A stretch of 64,000 bases of DNA from Candidatus Latescibacterota bacterium (GTDB lineage: Bacteria > Latescibacterota > UBA2968 > UBA8231): contig CBDETK010000013.1 of NCBI GenBank assembly GCA_965242865.1, forward strand, positions 2,048,001-2,112,000, read 5' to 3'. This document shows, one piece after another, positions 9,262 to 18,971 of this stretch. Numbering within the stretch: the stretch's first letter is position 1; each line of letters starts with the position of its first letter. The position numbers and the translations under genes were made by a program. The notes below the pieces were generated by a model. It was not told the DNA's origin. It ran no database searches and saw nothing but the letters and a program-made list of their open reading frames with translations.

Positions 9262-10737
9262 CTACAAGCCCAGCCGCTCGTACTGGTCCGGCGGTGCTTC
9301 ACACGCTGCGAGCTGCGCGCGCAACAACCCCTGCATCCGCTGCTCCAGTGCCGCGTCGTCGAGTGGGGCCTCCTGTCGCGGGTCTTGCTCTAAGTCGAAG
9401 AGCAAGGTCCCGTACTCGTGCTGCTTGGTCCGCGTGTGTCCTTGCGTCCGCAGCAGCCGACAGCCCTTGCTGAAACCAAACGGCTCGGCGAGCTCCACAC
9501 CGGCAAATTCATCGACCGAGAACAAGTCGCGCATGTGCGTGGGCATGAGCGTGTAGTTGTACAGGGGTTGGTTGTCGGGGCGGGCGGGGGCGCGCATGTA
9601 CACGTAGCGGCCATCGGTGACGTTCACCTGTCCGCCGTGGTTGCCGAAAATCGCGGCCTCGCGCCCGGGGGCGTCGCTCGCGCAGACCGCGCGCAGGCTC
9701 TGGCCCAGCATGTCCGCGGTCGGTTCCAGCCCAAACAGGTCCAACAACGTCGGCCCCAAGTCGATGGACGGCTGCACCAAGCTCTGCCGCCGCTGCCCCG
9801 CTTGGCCGCAGCGCGGATCCCAGACGAAGAACGGCGTGTTGGACAGCTCGCGATACCAAGGCATCTGCACCTTGGCCCACAGGTCGTGCTCGCCGAGCAG
9901 GAAGCCGTGGTCGGTCCACACGATGAGCATGGTGTCGTCCCACAGCACCAGCCGATCCATTTCGTCGAGGATGTCGCCGAGGCGGGCGTCGCACATGCTC
10001 AGCAGCGATGCGTAGTGGCCCCGGCATTGCTCGACGAGCGCCTGCTCTTCGGTCACGGGGCCGTACGTCGGCCAGTCGAACAGCCGGGAGGAACGGTTCT
10101 TAAAAAGCTCCGGGTAGAGGTCTTGGTATGGACGCTGAGTGAAAAACGGCTCGTGCGGATCAAAGGTTTCGATCTGCAAAAACCAGTTGTCCTCCGAGTG
10201 GTTGCGGCGGATGAACTCGACGCCGGCCTTGAAGGTCTGGGTTTGGGGTTGGTCTTCCTCGCGGCGCATGTACTGCCGATTGACGCGATCTTGGCGATGC
10301 CAGAGGCTGCGTCCCGCATTGCCCCCGTGCGCCTCTACCGGCGGTGGGTCGGCCACCTGTCCGATCCACGGGTCGCCCTCTTGGCCGCGGAAGAACTGCC
10401 AAGTGCTGTACTGGGTGTGATAGGTGGCTCCACCGGCCTCCCAGTAGTGGTAGTGGTCGCTGATCAGGTGGGACGAGACGCCGGCGTCGCGCAGCATGCG
10501 CGGCGTGGAGTCGTCGAAAGGCTCCAGCGGCCCCCAAGAGCGGTGGAGAAAGTTGGGCCGCCCGGTGTGCAAATCGCGGCGGGCCGGCATGCACGGCATG
10601 GAGCAGACGTAGCTGGTGTCAAAGGTGAGCGCCCGCTCGGCGAGCCGCTGGAAATTGGGCGCGTGCGTCCAATCGCAGCCGTAGGGCGGCAATAGGTGCC
10701 GGTTGAGCGAGTCGAACATGACCATAATGGCCTTCAT
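9262..10737 (-). CDS. Formylglycine-dependent sulfatase (cytoplasmic)
   Basis: ATG 10737 with GGAGGT; MFDSL, CMPARRDLHTGR (CxPxR), FDPHEPF, TDHGFLLGEH..K; no signal peptide. Confidence 0.92.
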   Translation of the reverse strand: MKAIMVMFDSLNRHLLPPYGCDWTHAPNFQRLAERALTFDTSYVCSMPCMPARRDLHTGRPNFLHRSWGPLEPFDDSTPRMLRDAGVSSHLISDHYHYWEAGGATYHTQYSTWQFFRGQEGDPWIGQVADPPPVEAHGGNAGRSLWHRQDRVNRQYMRREEDQPQTQTFKAGVEFIRRNHSEDNWFLQIETFDPHEPFFTQRPYQDLYPELFKNRSSRLFDWPTYGPVTEEQALVEQCRGHYASLLSMCDARLGDILDEMDRLVLWDDTMLIVWTDHGFLLGEHDLWAKVQMPWYRELSNTPFFVWDPRCGQAGQRRQSLVQPSIDLGPTLLDLFGLEPTADMLGQSLRAVCASDAPGREAAIFGNHGGQVNVTDGRYVYMRAPARPDNQPLYNYTLMPTHMRDLFSVDEFAGVELAEPFGFSKGCRLLRTQGHTRTKQHEYGTLLFDLEQDPRQEAPLDDAALEQRMQGLLRAQLAACEAPPDQYERLGL

Positions 10738-10914
10738 AGAAACCTCCGTTGGAAATGGCCGTTTGGCGGCAAACGTACTGCGCGACACCAACCCCCGCTT
10801 TCCAAGGATCGAGGGCATCTTGCCCTCGTCAAAGGTCGGCGCAAAGCAGGTGTCGCGTGCTTAGGGCGGCAAACAAAAATTGACCGTCGGCGCACCGTCG
10901 CGGCTACCGGCAGC

Positions 10915-11700
10915 CTATTCGCCCGCTCCGGTCAGGGTGCGAATGCGGTCGATGATGGCGTACACGGTCTCGGTGACGCCATTGAGCAGCGCGAAGCGGT
11001 CGTCCATCTCCACCCGCGCCCCCTCGTAGCGGTATTCTACCGCATAGCTGGTCAGCCACGTCAATTGTTCGCTGGCGGACGTGTCCTCCTCTTGGGGATG
11101 CTGGCGGATGATGGCGATCAACTTGCCCAAGTGGTGGATGTTCTGGTAGTCGGCGTCGAGCGCGGAAATCCAGCCCTTGAGCGCGTTCTCAATCGCCTGC
11201 TGCGCGTGGAAGCCGATGGCTTCTTGATCGGCGCTTCCTTCAATTAGGATGTTCAGGACGCGCAGCTCGCGCTCGGCGTTGGCAATGCGCTGTCGTATGT
11301 CGGGCCAATTCGTCGGCTGTGGGTTGTCGTAGCTCACTTTGTCTCCATTCGCGTCAAAGCCGTCGCGCACGGCTTGCCCGGCCACGTGATTGCGCGCCCG
11401 GCGGCCATCGTGAAAAGCATCCTCGCTCAGGTGAACCAAATCAACGCCCATCGGCTCGCCGTACACTTCCTCGACCGTGCGGTGGGCAGCCGCGCTGGTG
11501 CGCTGATAAGTCTGCCGGTCTAACGGACCGGGGCCGGTGACGATCAGCAGGTCGATGTCCGAGTCCGGGCGAAAGTCGCCCCGGGCGCGGGAACCGAACA
11601 GGATCACTCGATCGGGATGAACCGTCGCCTCAACGGCGCGGGCGACCGCGCAGGCGCGCGGATCGGGAGGCTGATAAAGTTGGGAAACTGCCATGGTCAA
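10915..11700 (-). CDS. MNT nucleotidyltransferase-HEPN fusion, copy 1
   Basis: LFGSRARGD..PDSDIDLL (MNT); FHAQQAIENALKG...IHHL..L, YAVEYRY (HEPN). Start TTG 11700 or ATG 11694. Confidence 0.88.
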   Translation of the reverse strand: MTMAVSQLYQPPDPRACAVARAVEATVHPDRVILFGSRARGDFRPDSDIDLLIVTGPGPLDRQTYQRTSAAAHRTVEEVYGEPMGVDLVHLSEDAFHDGRRARNHVAGQAVRDGFDANGDKVSYDNPQPTNWPDIRQRIANAERELRVLNILIEGSADQEAIGFHAQQAIENALKGWISALDADYQNIHHLGKLIAIIRQHPQEEDTSASEQLTWLTSYAVEYRYEGARVEMDDRFALLNGVTETVYAIIDRIRTLTGAGE

Positions 11701-11742
11701 CCGTCCTTGCGGTGCGGAATCACTCGTCGCTGACGACACCTG

Positions 11743-12531
11743 CTATTCACTCGTTCCGGTCAGCGTCTGAATACGGGCGATGATAGCCTGCACGGTCTCG
11801 GTGACGCCGGCGAGCAGGGCGAAGCGGTCGTCCATCTGCACCTGTACCCCTTCGTAGCGGTATTCTACCGCATAGCTCGTCAGCCACGTCAGTTGTTCGC
11901 TGGCGGACGTGTCCTCCTCTTGGGGATGCCGGCGGATGATGGCGATCAACTTGCCCAAGTCGTGGATGTTCTGGTAGTCGGCGTCGAGCGCGGAAATCCA
12001 GCCCTTGAGCGCGTTCTCTATCGCCTGCTGCGCGGTAAATCCGATAATTTCTTGAGAAGAACGGGGATTCTCAACGAGAACCTCCATGTCGGCGAGGTTG
12101 CGCTCGGCGTTGGCAATGCGCTGTCGTATGTCGGGCCAATTCGTCGGCTGTGGGTTGTCGTAGCTCACTTTGTCTCCATTGGCGTCAAAGCCGTCGCGCA
12201 CGGCTTGCCCGGCCACGTGATTGCGCGCCCGGCGACCATCGTGAAAGGCGTCCTCGCTCAGGTGAACCAAATCGACGCCCATCGGCTGGCCGTACACTTC
12301 CTCGACCGTGCGGTGGGCAGCCGCGCTGGTGCGCTGGTACGCTCGCCGATCGACCGGACCGGGGCCGGTGACGATCAGCAGGTCGATGTCCGAGTCCGGG
12401 CGAAAGTCGCCTCGGGCTCGGGAGCCGAACAGGATGACCCGATTGGGATGAACCGTCGCCTCAACGGCGCGGGCGACCATGCAAGCGCGCGGGTCGGGAG
12501 GCTGATAAAGTCGGGGGACTGCCATGGTCAA
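11743..12531 (-). CDS. MNT nucleotidyltransferase-HEPN fusion, copy 2
   Basis: Same motifs as copy 1; FTAQQAIENALKG, IHDLGKL. Confidence 0.88.
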   Translation of the reverse strand: MTMAVPRLYQPPDPRACMVARAVEATVHPNRVILFGSRARGDFRPDSDIDLLIVTGPGPVDRRAYQRTSAAAHRTVEEVYGQPMGVDLVHLSEDAFHDGRRARNHVAGQAVRDGFDANGDKVSYDNPQPTNWPDIRQRIANAERNLADMEVLVENPRSSQEIIGFTAQQAIENALKGWISALDADYQNIHDLGKLIAIIRRHPQEEDTSASEQLTWLTSYAVEYRYEGVQVQMDDRFALLAGVTETVQAIIARIQTLTGTSE

Positions 12532-12573
12532 CCGTCCTTGCGGTGCGGAATCGCTCGTCGCTGACGACGCCTG

Positions 12574-13338
12574 CTATGCACCCGTTCCGGTCAGCGTCTG
12601 AATGCGGGCGATGATAGCCTGCACGGTCTTGGTGACGCCGGCGAGCAGCGCGAAGCGGTCGTCCATCTCCACCCGCGCCCCTTCATAGCGGTATCTTACC
12701 GCATAGCTGGTCAGCCACGTCAGTTGTTCGCCGGCGGACGTGTCGTTCTCTTGGGGATGCCGGCGGACGATGGCGATTAAATCGGCCAAGTCGTGGGTGT
12801 TCCGATAGTCGGCGTCGAGGGCGGAAATCCACCCCTTGAGCGCGTTCTCAATCGCCTGCTGCGCGTGGAAGCCGATGGCTTCTTGGGAGCCATTTATTTC
12901 GATCAGCTTTTCCAAATCAGAGAGTTCGCGCTCGGCGTTGGCAATGCGCTGTCGTATGTCGGGCCAATTGGTCGGCGTTGGGTTGTCGTAGCTCACTTTG
13001 TCTCCATTGGCGTCAAAGCCATCGCGCACCGCTTGCCCGGCCACGTGATTGCGCGCTCGGCGGCCATCGTGAAAGGCATCCTCGCTCAGGTGAACCAAAT
13101 CGACGCCCATCGGCTGGCCGTACACTTCCTCGACCGTGCGGTGGGCCGCCGCGCTGGTGCGCTGATAAGCCTGCCGGTCTAACGGACCGGGGCCGGTGAC
13201 GATCAGCAGGTCGATGTCCGAGTCCGGGCGAAAGTCGCCTCGGGCGCGCGAGCCGAACAGGATCACCCGATCGGGGTGAACCGTCGCCTCAACGGCGCGG
13301 GCGACCACGCAGGCGCGCGGATCGGCTGCCATGGTCAT
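12574..13338 (-). CDS. MNT nucleotidyltransferase-HEPN fusion, copy 3
   Basis: Same motifs; FHAQQAIENALKG, THDLADL; start lies 3 nt after the PhyH stop. Confidence 0.88.
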   Translation of the reverse strand: MTMAADPRACVVARAVEATVHPDRVILFGSRARGDFRPDSDIDLLIVTGPGPLDRQAYQRTSAAAHRTVEEVYGQPMGVDLVHLSEDAFHDGRRARNHVAGQAVRDGFDANGDKVSYDNPTPTNWPDIRQRIANAERELSDLEKLIEINGSQEAIGFHAQQAIENALKGWISALDADYRNTHDLADLIAIVRRHPQENDTSAGEQLTWLTSYAVRYRYEGARVEMDDRFALLAGVTKTVQAIIARIQTLTGTGA

Positions 13339-13341
13339 AGC

Positions 13342-14397
13342 TTACGCGCCCACTTCTTCGAGCAACTGGACGGCCTGCTGGCCGCGCTCGGACTCGGGGT
13401 CGCGTCGCGCAATGCGCCGCAACTGGTATAAGGCCCGCTCGTCGCCATCCAGTGCGAGGGATAGGGCCTCGGCAAACCCTTGATCTCCCCAGCGGGACAA
13501 CTGCGGCACCACGTGCAGGTCTAGGTCTTGCCAATAGTACTGTAGGGCACTGCTTTGCCAGCCGGCGTAGCAGGCTTCCCAGTTGAAGCCGGTGACGCCC
13601 GTCAGGTGTGGATCTAGCATGTGCCGCGCAATCGGCTCGTCCCGCGCTTGATAGCGGTTGTCGAGCGAAATCCGCAGGCGGTCTTCCGTGTAATTGGGCA
13701 GGGCTTGATGGACGGTCAGGCTCGGAAAGATCAGCGCGTCCCCGGCTTCGTAATGCGCGCTGAGCCAACGCCCGGTCAGCGCGGCTTCATCGACAGCCAA
13801 GCCGCCGGCCCCTAACGAGAAGTGGTGCTCCCGCACCTTGCCGATTTTGTGCGACCCGGGCAACACGGCCAATCCCCCCAACTCCAGCGGACAGTCGCCC
13901 ACGGGCGCCCAGAACGTATAGGTGTTGAAACTGCCTTGGAAGTGGACGAAGTCTTGGTGCATGGGCGTGGTGTGCTCGGTGTATTGGGGAAACCACAACC
14001 GGGCGATTTTCTGGGGATGCGGCAGCACCGGGCCACCGACGACTTGCTCCATCACGGCCAAGACTTCCGGCCAATGCCCGGCTTGGTGGAAGGCCTCCAA
14101 GCGGTACACCCGGTGATAGACTTCGGCGTATTCGGGATCGCCCTCGGTACACTGGGCGTTGAGCCGCGCAATGCCGTCTAGGGGATCCGTGCCGGCGACC
14201 AACCACCCGGCCTCCAGCAACACCTCGGCCATCTCCTGCCGCAGGGCCAACAGCTTGTCTTTGGCCATAATCTGCCGCAAAAAGAGATAGCCTTGTTCGT
14301 CGAGGCGTCGCCGCAGCTCGGCCCCATCCCCGAGGGCATCATTGGCCTCTTGCAGCCGGCCGATTTCGCTGGCGTCCTTTGCGGTCATTGGACTCAT
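13342..14397 (-). CDS. Phytanoyl-CoA dioxygenase (PhyH) family Fe(II)/2-OG dioxygenase
   Basis: GYLFLRQ, TPMHQD, GGLAVLPGSH, GDALIF..LTVH..N...R.S.D.R; ATG 14397 (or 14388). Confidence 0.88.
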   Translation of the reverse strand: MSPMTAKDASEIGRLQEANDALGDGAELRRRLDEQGYLFLRQIMAKDKLLALRQEMAEVLLEAGWLVAGTDPLDGIARLNAQCTEGDPEYAEVYHRVYRLEAFHQAGHWPEVLAVMEQVVGGPVLPHPQKIARLWFPQYTEHTTPMHQDFVHFQGSFNTYTFWAPVGDCPLELGGLAVLPGSHKIGKVREHHFSLGAGGLAVDEAALTGRWLSAHYEAGDALIFPSLTVHQALPNYTEDRLRISLDNRYQARDEPIARHMLDPHLTGVTGFNWEACYAGWQSSALQYYWQDLDLHVVPQLSRWGDQGFAEALSLALDGDERALYQLRRIARRDPESERGQQAVQLLEEVGA

Positions 14398-14398
14398 C

Positions 14399-15211
14399 CT
14401 AACTCGCGGCTGGCTCGGCGTCGTTTTCCCGAAACCCAGCCACGACGATGTTATTGTTGCGGTCCAGCGCGTTGGCTGGGTCGATGCGATGCGGATCGTC
14501 CGTAGCGCGTCCCACCGGCCGCAGGGCCGTGCTGTGATAGCCAAAGCGCACGGACTTGCGCCAAGCGTCCGTGCGGTTGCAATCCGACCAGTGGATCGTC
14601 TGGTAGCTGAAGAAGACCATGTCGCCGCGCTGCGCCGGCACGGCGACGCTGTCGAGCCGGTCGGGATGGTACTGGGCCGGGGGCAGGTGCGGCGCGGTAT
14701 CCGGCCCCAGCACGTGCTCTAGAGGCCCCTGTTTGTGACTGCCCGGCACGACCATCAGTGCCCCGCTCTCTAGTGGGGTGTCGTCCAAGTGCAACAAGCA
14801 GTCCACGAAATCCGGGCCGTCGTGCGGGTAGAACGGATAATCTTGGTGCATGGGAAAGGGCGTTCCCTTCTCCGGCGGCTTGGCGTGCAAGACCGTGTGG
14901 TGCCACTGCACCGGGCCGTCGATGAGCTGCTGGACGCAGGCGATCATGGCCTCGTGGAAAATGACTCGACCCCAAGCGGCCGAGTAAAAATGCGGATTGT
15001 GCATAAAGACTGCCCGCGTGTTGAGCCGCTCTTCTTCGTCGAGGTAGCGGTCGCGCCACGGGCCGACCCAGCCGATGGACTCCTGCCCCCACTGCTCGAT
15101 CACCCGCACCATCTCCGAGGCCAACTCGGCGGTCTCTGCGGGCGCGAAGAGCTGGGCCACCTTGAGATAGCCTTGCTCGCGGTAGTGCGCTACTTGTTCC
15201 TTGCTTAGCAT
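14399..15211 (-). CDS. Phytanoyl-CoA dioxygenase (PhyH) family dioxygenase
   Basis: ATG 15211 with AAGGAG; MLSKEQVAHYREQGYL, KPP, HQD, GALMVVPGSH, GDMVFF..TIHWS..N. Confidence 0.9.
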   Translation of the reverse strand: MLSKEQVAHYREQGYLKVAQLFAPAETAELASEMVRVIEQWGQESIGWVGPWRDRYLDEEERLNTRAVFMHNPHFYSAAWGRVIFHEAMIACVQQLIDGPVQWHHTVLHAKPPEKGTPFPMHQDYPFYPHDGPDFVDCLLHLDDTPLESGALMVVPGSHKQGPLEHVLGPDTAPHLPPAQYHPDRLDSVAVPAQRGDMVFFSYQTIHWSDCNRTDAWRKSVRFGYHSTALRPVGRATDDPHRIDPANALDRNNNIVVAGFRENDAEPAAS

Positions 15212-15213
15212 GT

Positions 15214-17001
15214 CTAGCTCCTTTGAGAAAAATAGGTTCGTTTGCAGGGGATCGCTGCCACCGCCTCGTAGGCCACCAGCTCCCAGCCGTGAAACACCAC
15301 CGCCAGACCGATGTGCCGCACCGACGGATAGCGGCGCTGCAAACCTGGGTCCGCAAGATAGCCGCGGACCTGCTGCGCGGCCTCCCGCCGCTTTGCCGCC
15401 AGCAGGCACTCGTCGAGAGGCTCGTGCCGCTTGAGATACTTCAGCTCCAGTACGTAGCCGTACCGCATGTCGGGATACTGGGAGACAAACGGCTCTAGGT
15501 ACAGGTCGGCGTAGCCCTTGTTCAGTTCGCACTCCGAGTGCAGCAGGAAGTGGTTCACCATGCTGAAGTGGGCGGCGACAAAGCCGTGAATGACCTTCTC
15601 GCCGTCGAGATAGTCGCGAATGCCGGTTTGTGCGTCGAGTGCCGCACGCAGGAAATCGAGAACTGGCTGCCAAACGCCGTCGTACCCCATCGCACGGACG
15701 AGACGGGAGAAGGTGTACCCATCGACGGAAAACGCGCCCACGTCATCGTAGGCATCGCGCAGGTAGCCGTACATCAGCCGCTTGACCGTTTGATTGGGAA
15801 TGCCCAGCCGCGGCACCCCACTTTCCATCCCGCGAATGCTGAGTAGGCCGAAATAAAAAAGCAACGACAGGAAGTTTTCGCGTCGGTCGAGCCGGTCTAG
15901 GGGGAAGCTGAGTTGGATGTCGCTGTCCACCTGCTGCTCGCCGATGAGGTGGCGGAGCAGATCGAAGTTGCCGTTGAGTTGGCGGTTGACCGTTAGCAGA
16001 TGGCGCAACTTGCCGTAGTCAATGCGCACATTGGCGTCGATCAATTCCCTCGGTCCCCGTTTGTTCGGTATGGATCCCGCGAGGAAATAGAGGACCATGT
16101 CGGTATTGTAGAGATCGCTCGCGGCGTCCTCGGCGAAGCGATACCCATTGTACCATTCCCGCATCACCGCCAGTGCCGCTTCGACCTCCTGATTGAACAC
16201 GCCACAGTCCCGGTACATTTCCAGCAACGCCCGGACCTCCTCTTGGGTGAAGCCGAGCAGGTCGTTGAACTCCGGTTCCAAGCTGATGTTCTTGCCGATG
16301 TTGAAGCCGCTGGTGACGTCGTCCATGGTAATCGGCGATACGCCGGTGACGAACAGCCGCTCTAGCCCGCCGCGGCTTCGCCCGGCTCCGGCCTTCAAGG
16401 TGGCGAAAAAGTTGCGGTAGAAGCCGCCGCCGTGCGTGAAGGACTGATACGCGGCTTCGCCGCGATGGGCCAGCACCGTGTTGGCAAAGTTGTCGTACTC
16501 GTCGATGAGCACGTACAGGGGAATGCTGCGGTCTTCGGCATACAGAAACAGGGCGGCGAGTTTGGCGTCGATGGAGGGCGGCGCGAGGATGTGCTGTCTC
16601 GCCTCTTCGGGAAACAGGTCTCGATTGCGTCGCAGTGCGTGGTTGAGTTCCAAGTGGCAGTAGGTCTCAAAGCGCTCCCGCAAGGTTTCCAAGGTGTCGT
16701 CAAAAGCCGAAAAGTCAAAGCGCAGCACGACGTAGCGATGGCGGTTTTCCGTCGGCTGCCGCCCCAAGTCCGTGCCGCCGAAGACGGCCTCAAATTCGTC
16801 GGCTCCTCGGCGGTCGTAGTAATTTTCCAGCAGGGAGACCCAGCAGGACTTGCCCATGCGACGGGGGCGAATTAGAACGGCATAGCGTTCCTCTTCGAGC
16901 GCGTGGACGAAGCGGGTCTTATCGACGTAGAGGCGGTTTTCCAAGCGGATAGCGCGGAAATTGGCCCAGCCGTAGGGAATGCGGGGGTAGGATGCAGGCA
17001 T
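15214..17001 (-). CDS. AAA-ATPase-like / PD-(D/E)XK nuclease domain protein
   Basis: YVDKT, RPRRMGKS (Walker A variant), LIDEYD (Walker B), WYNGYRF, C-terminal GYADL...LELKY. Confidence 0.9.
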   Translation of the reverse strand: MPASYPRIPYGWANFRAIRLENRLYVDKTRFVHALEEERYAVLIRPRRMGKSCWVSLLENYYDRRGADEFEAVFGGTDLGRQPTENRHRYVVLRFDFSAFDDTLETLRERFETYCHLELNHALRRNRDLFPEEARQHILAPPSIDAKLAALFLYAEDRSIPLYVLIDEYDNFANTVLAHRGEAAYQSFTHGGGFYRNFFATLKAGAGRSRGGLERLFVTGVSPITMDDVTSGFNIGKNISLEPEFNDLLGFTQEEVRALLEMYRDCGVFNQEVEAALAVMREWYNGYRFAEDAASDLYNTDMVLYFLAGSIPNKRGPRELIDANVRIDYGKLRHLLTVNRQLNGNFDLLRHLIGEQQVDSDIQLSFPLDRLDRRENFLSLLFYFGLLSIRGMESGVPRLGIPNQTVKRLMYGYLRDAYDDVGAFSVDGYTFSRLVRAMGYDGVWQPVLDFLRAALDAQTGIRDYLDGEKVIHGFVAAHFSMVNHFLLHSECELNKGYADLYLEPFVSQYPDMRYGYVLELKYLKRHEPLDECLLAAKRREAAQQVRGYLADPGLQRRYPSVRHIGLAVVFHGWELVAYEAVAAIPCKRTYFSQRS

Positions 17002-17027
17002 GGCGACCTTAGTGTTTTATGGCCAAA

Positions 17028-18038
17028 CTAATTGACTTCTTCTTCGGCCCTTTTTTGCAGGGCGCGCATGTACGCCAGTGTATAGGCCGTGCCCAGCCGC
17101 CCGTCGTCGCCCATCTGCGGGATGTGGTCTGGGATTAAGGTGCCGTCGTACCCGACTTCGGCCAGCGCCCGCATGGCCTGATACATGTCGAAGTACCCGT
17201 CATCGACAAAGGTCTCGACAAAGTGCGGCAGCGGCTTATCTACGTTGCGGTAGTGGACCTTGAATATCTTGCCCTGCCCGCCGAAGTGGTGGATCGCCTC
17301 GACCACATCGCGGCCCATAGCCTCGCCGCCTTCCAGCCAGCAGCCAATGCACAAGCACATCCCCACGTTGGGGCTGTCGGCGATTTCGAGGGCGCGTTTG
17401 TACCCGTCAAAGCTGCTAAAAATGGGCCGCGGCACGCCACCCAACGGCACCCCGGGCGGATCGTCCGGGTGAATGCCAATGCGGACGCCGGCTTCCTCGG
17501 CGACCGGGGCGATTTCCGCGGCAAAGGAGGCGAAGTTGTCCCACAGCTCTTCCTCGGTGTATGCGCGGCCGTGCGTCAGCCCCTCGCCGGTAAAGCCGCC
17601 GCCGGAAGCCTCGGGGAGCCGCGCTAGGTCAAAGGCCCGCGCCCTAGCGCGGCCGCGGGTCTGCTCCGGCGGCGTGCTCCACACGCTGTTGGCCATGTGG
17701 GCATAGGTCGTATAGGGAATGTCGGCTTGGCCCAAGTTGTGCAGGTGCGCCTTGTACTCGGCGACTTTCTCGTCGCGGTTGGGCAGGTTGAGGGTGATCG
17801 CATCCACGTTGTGGACGCTGCTATTGCCGAGGCCGTAGAGCTGAATGCCGCCCCGGGCAAAGTGTTCCCGGCGGCTGCGATAGTACTCGGGGCTGGCCTT
17901 GGCTGGGTCGATCCAGGTCACGGCGTATTCTACGCCCATCTGGCGCACAAAGGCCATTTCCGCGTCGCTCGGCTCCGGGGACATCTGGGCCGCGACCTTG
18001 AGGCCGGGCGTTACTTCAATGTGGCTTTTGACGGCCAT
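17028..18038 (-). CDS. uxuA: Mannonate dehydratase (UxuA)-like protein
   Basis: EEELWDNF, AEEAGVRIGIHPDDPP, SPNVG.CLC.G, KIFKVHYRNV, FVETFVDDG..DM, PDHIP; ATG 18038. Confidence 0.8.
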   Translation of the reverse strand: MAVKSHIEVTPGLKVAAQMSPEPSDAEMAFVRQMGVEYAVTWIDPAKASPEYYRSRREHFARGGIQLYGLGNSSVHNVDAITLNLPNRDEKVAEYKAHLHNLGQADIPYTTYAHMANSVWSTPPEQTRGRARARAFDLARLPEASGGGFTGEGLTHGRAYTEEELWDNFASFAAEIAPVAEEAGVRIGIHPDDPPGVPLGGVPRPIFSSFDGYKRALEIADSPNVGMCLCIGCWLEGGEAMGRDVVEAIHHFGGQGKIFKVHYRNVDKPLPHFVETFVDDGYFDMYQAMRALAEVGYDGTLIPDHIPQMGDDGRLGTAYTLAYMRALQKRAEEEVN

Positions 18039-18164
18039 GGCGATCTTCCTTTCGCTCTTTCGCTCCAAAGGCAGGGGTGGGATTGCGCGGGAGCAATCTA
18101 AGGCCAATTTTGATCTGTGTCTAATTTTCTCTGGGGGGCGCACCCATTCTAGGAGGACGCAATT

Positions 18165-18959
18165 ATGCGCGGTTTTCTACCACGCCCCATCGTCACGTTG
18201 ACGACGGATTTTGGCTGGAGCTCCTACTACGTCGGCGCGCTGAAGGGGGTCATCTTGGGCATCGCACCGGAGGCCCAGCTCGTGGACATTTCCCACGAGA
18301 TTCCGCCTCAAGATGTGCTCGCCGCGGCCTTTGTTTTGCGCCACGCCGCCGGCGAATTCCCCCCCGGCACCGTGCATCTAGCGGTCGTCGACCCCGGCGT
18401 AGGGACTCGCCGTCGCCCCCTCGTTGTCCAGAGCAGCGGCCACTGGTGGGTGGGGCCGGACAACGGCCTCTTCAGCTTCGTGCTCGACCGCGCCGACCGC
18501 CGGGTTCGCGCCATCGCCCGGGCCGACCTCGGCCGCCCCCACCCGAGCAACACCTTCCACGGCCGCGATCTCTTCGCGCCGCTGGCCGCCCATCTCTGTC
18601 GCGGCTTGGATTTCGCCGCGGTCGGCCCGCCGATTGCCGACCCGGTGCGCCTAGCCGAGGCCGCGCCTTGCAAATCGGCACACCGCATTGACGGCCACAT
18701 CGTCCACATCGACGGCTTCGGCAACTTGGTGAGCAACATTGCGGCCGCCGACCTGGCGTCGTGGGGCGCGGGGCTGTGCATCCGCCTCGGCGCATGCGTC
18801 CTCACCGCGCTTTGCCGCACCTACGAAGATGCCGCTCCGGGCACACCCCTCGCCTTGATCGGCAGCGCTGGTCTGTTGGAAATTGCGGTCAACGGCGGCC
18901 ATGCCGCTCGCCAACTGGGCGTGCAATGCCGCGCCTCCATCGTCGTCGAAAAGCTCTGA
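18165..18959 (+). CDS. SAM hydroxide adenosyltransferase / chlorinase-fluorinase family (DUF62)
   Basis: LTTDFG, VVDPGVGTRR, GPDNG, TFHGRDLFAP, DGFGN, LEIAVNGG. Confidence 0.9.
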   Translation: MRGFLPRPIVTLTTDFGWSSYYVGALKGVILGIAPEAQLVDISHEIPPQDVLAAAFVLRHAAGEFPPGTVHLAVVDPGVGTRRRPLVVQSSGHWWVGPDNGLFSFVLDRADRRVRAIARADLGRPHPSNTFHGRDLFAPLAAHLCRGLDFAAVGPPIADPVRLAEAAPCKSAHRIDGHIVHIDGFGNLVSNIAAADLASWGAGLCIRLGACVLTALCRTYEDAAPGTPLALIGSAGLLEIAVNGGHAARQLGVQCRASIVVEKL

Positions 18960-18971
18960 GAAGGAAAAGTC

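Larger units (their letters stand above)
10915..13338 (-). repeat. Tandem triplication, unit ~830 bp, including a 42-bp intergenic spacer
   Basis: Stops at 10915/11743/12574 (828 and 831 bp apart). Spacers 11701-11742 and 12532-12573 differ at only 2 of 42 positions. Confidence 0.95.

Noticed and set aside
9418-10695. Long antisense ORFs (also 1862-2893, 43503-44465, 59718-60653)
   Set aside because: Shadow frames opposite well-supported genes in GC-rich DNA, with no motifs.
10915-13338. Diversity-generating retroelement as the source of MNT-HEPN variability
   Set aside because: No reverse transcriptase in the window. Differences include an indel and are not restricted to adenines.
18165-18959. 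Fluorinase/chlorinase
   Set aside because: Length, motifs and housekeeping context fit the common DUF62 SAM hydrolase; nothing specific supports halogenase activity.
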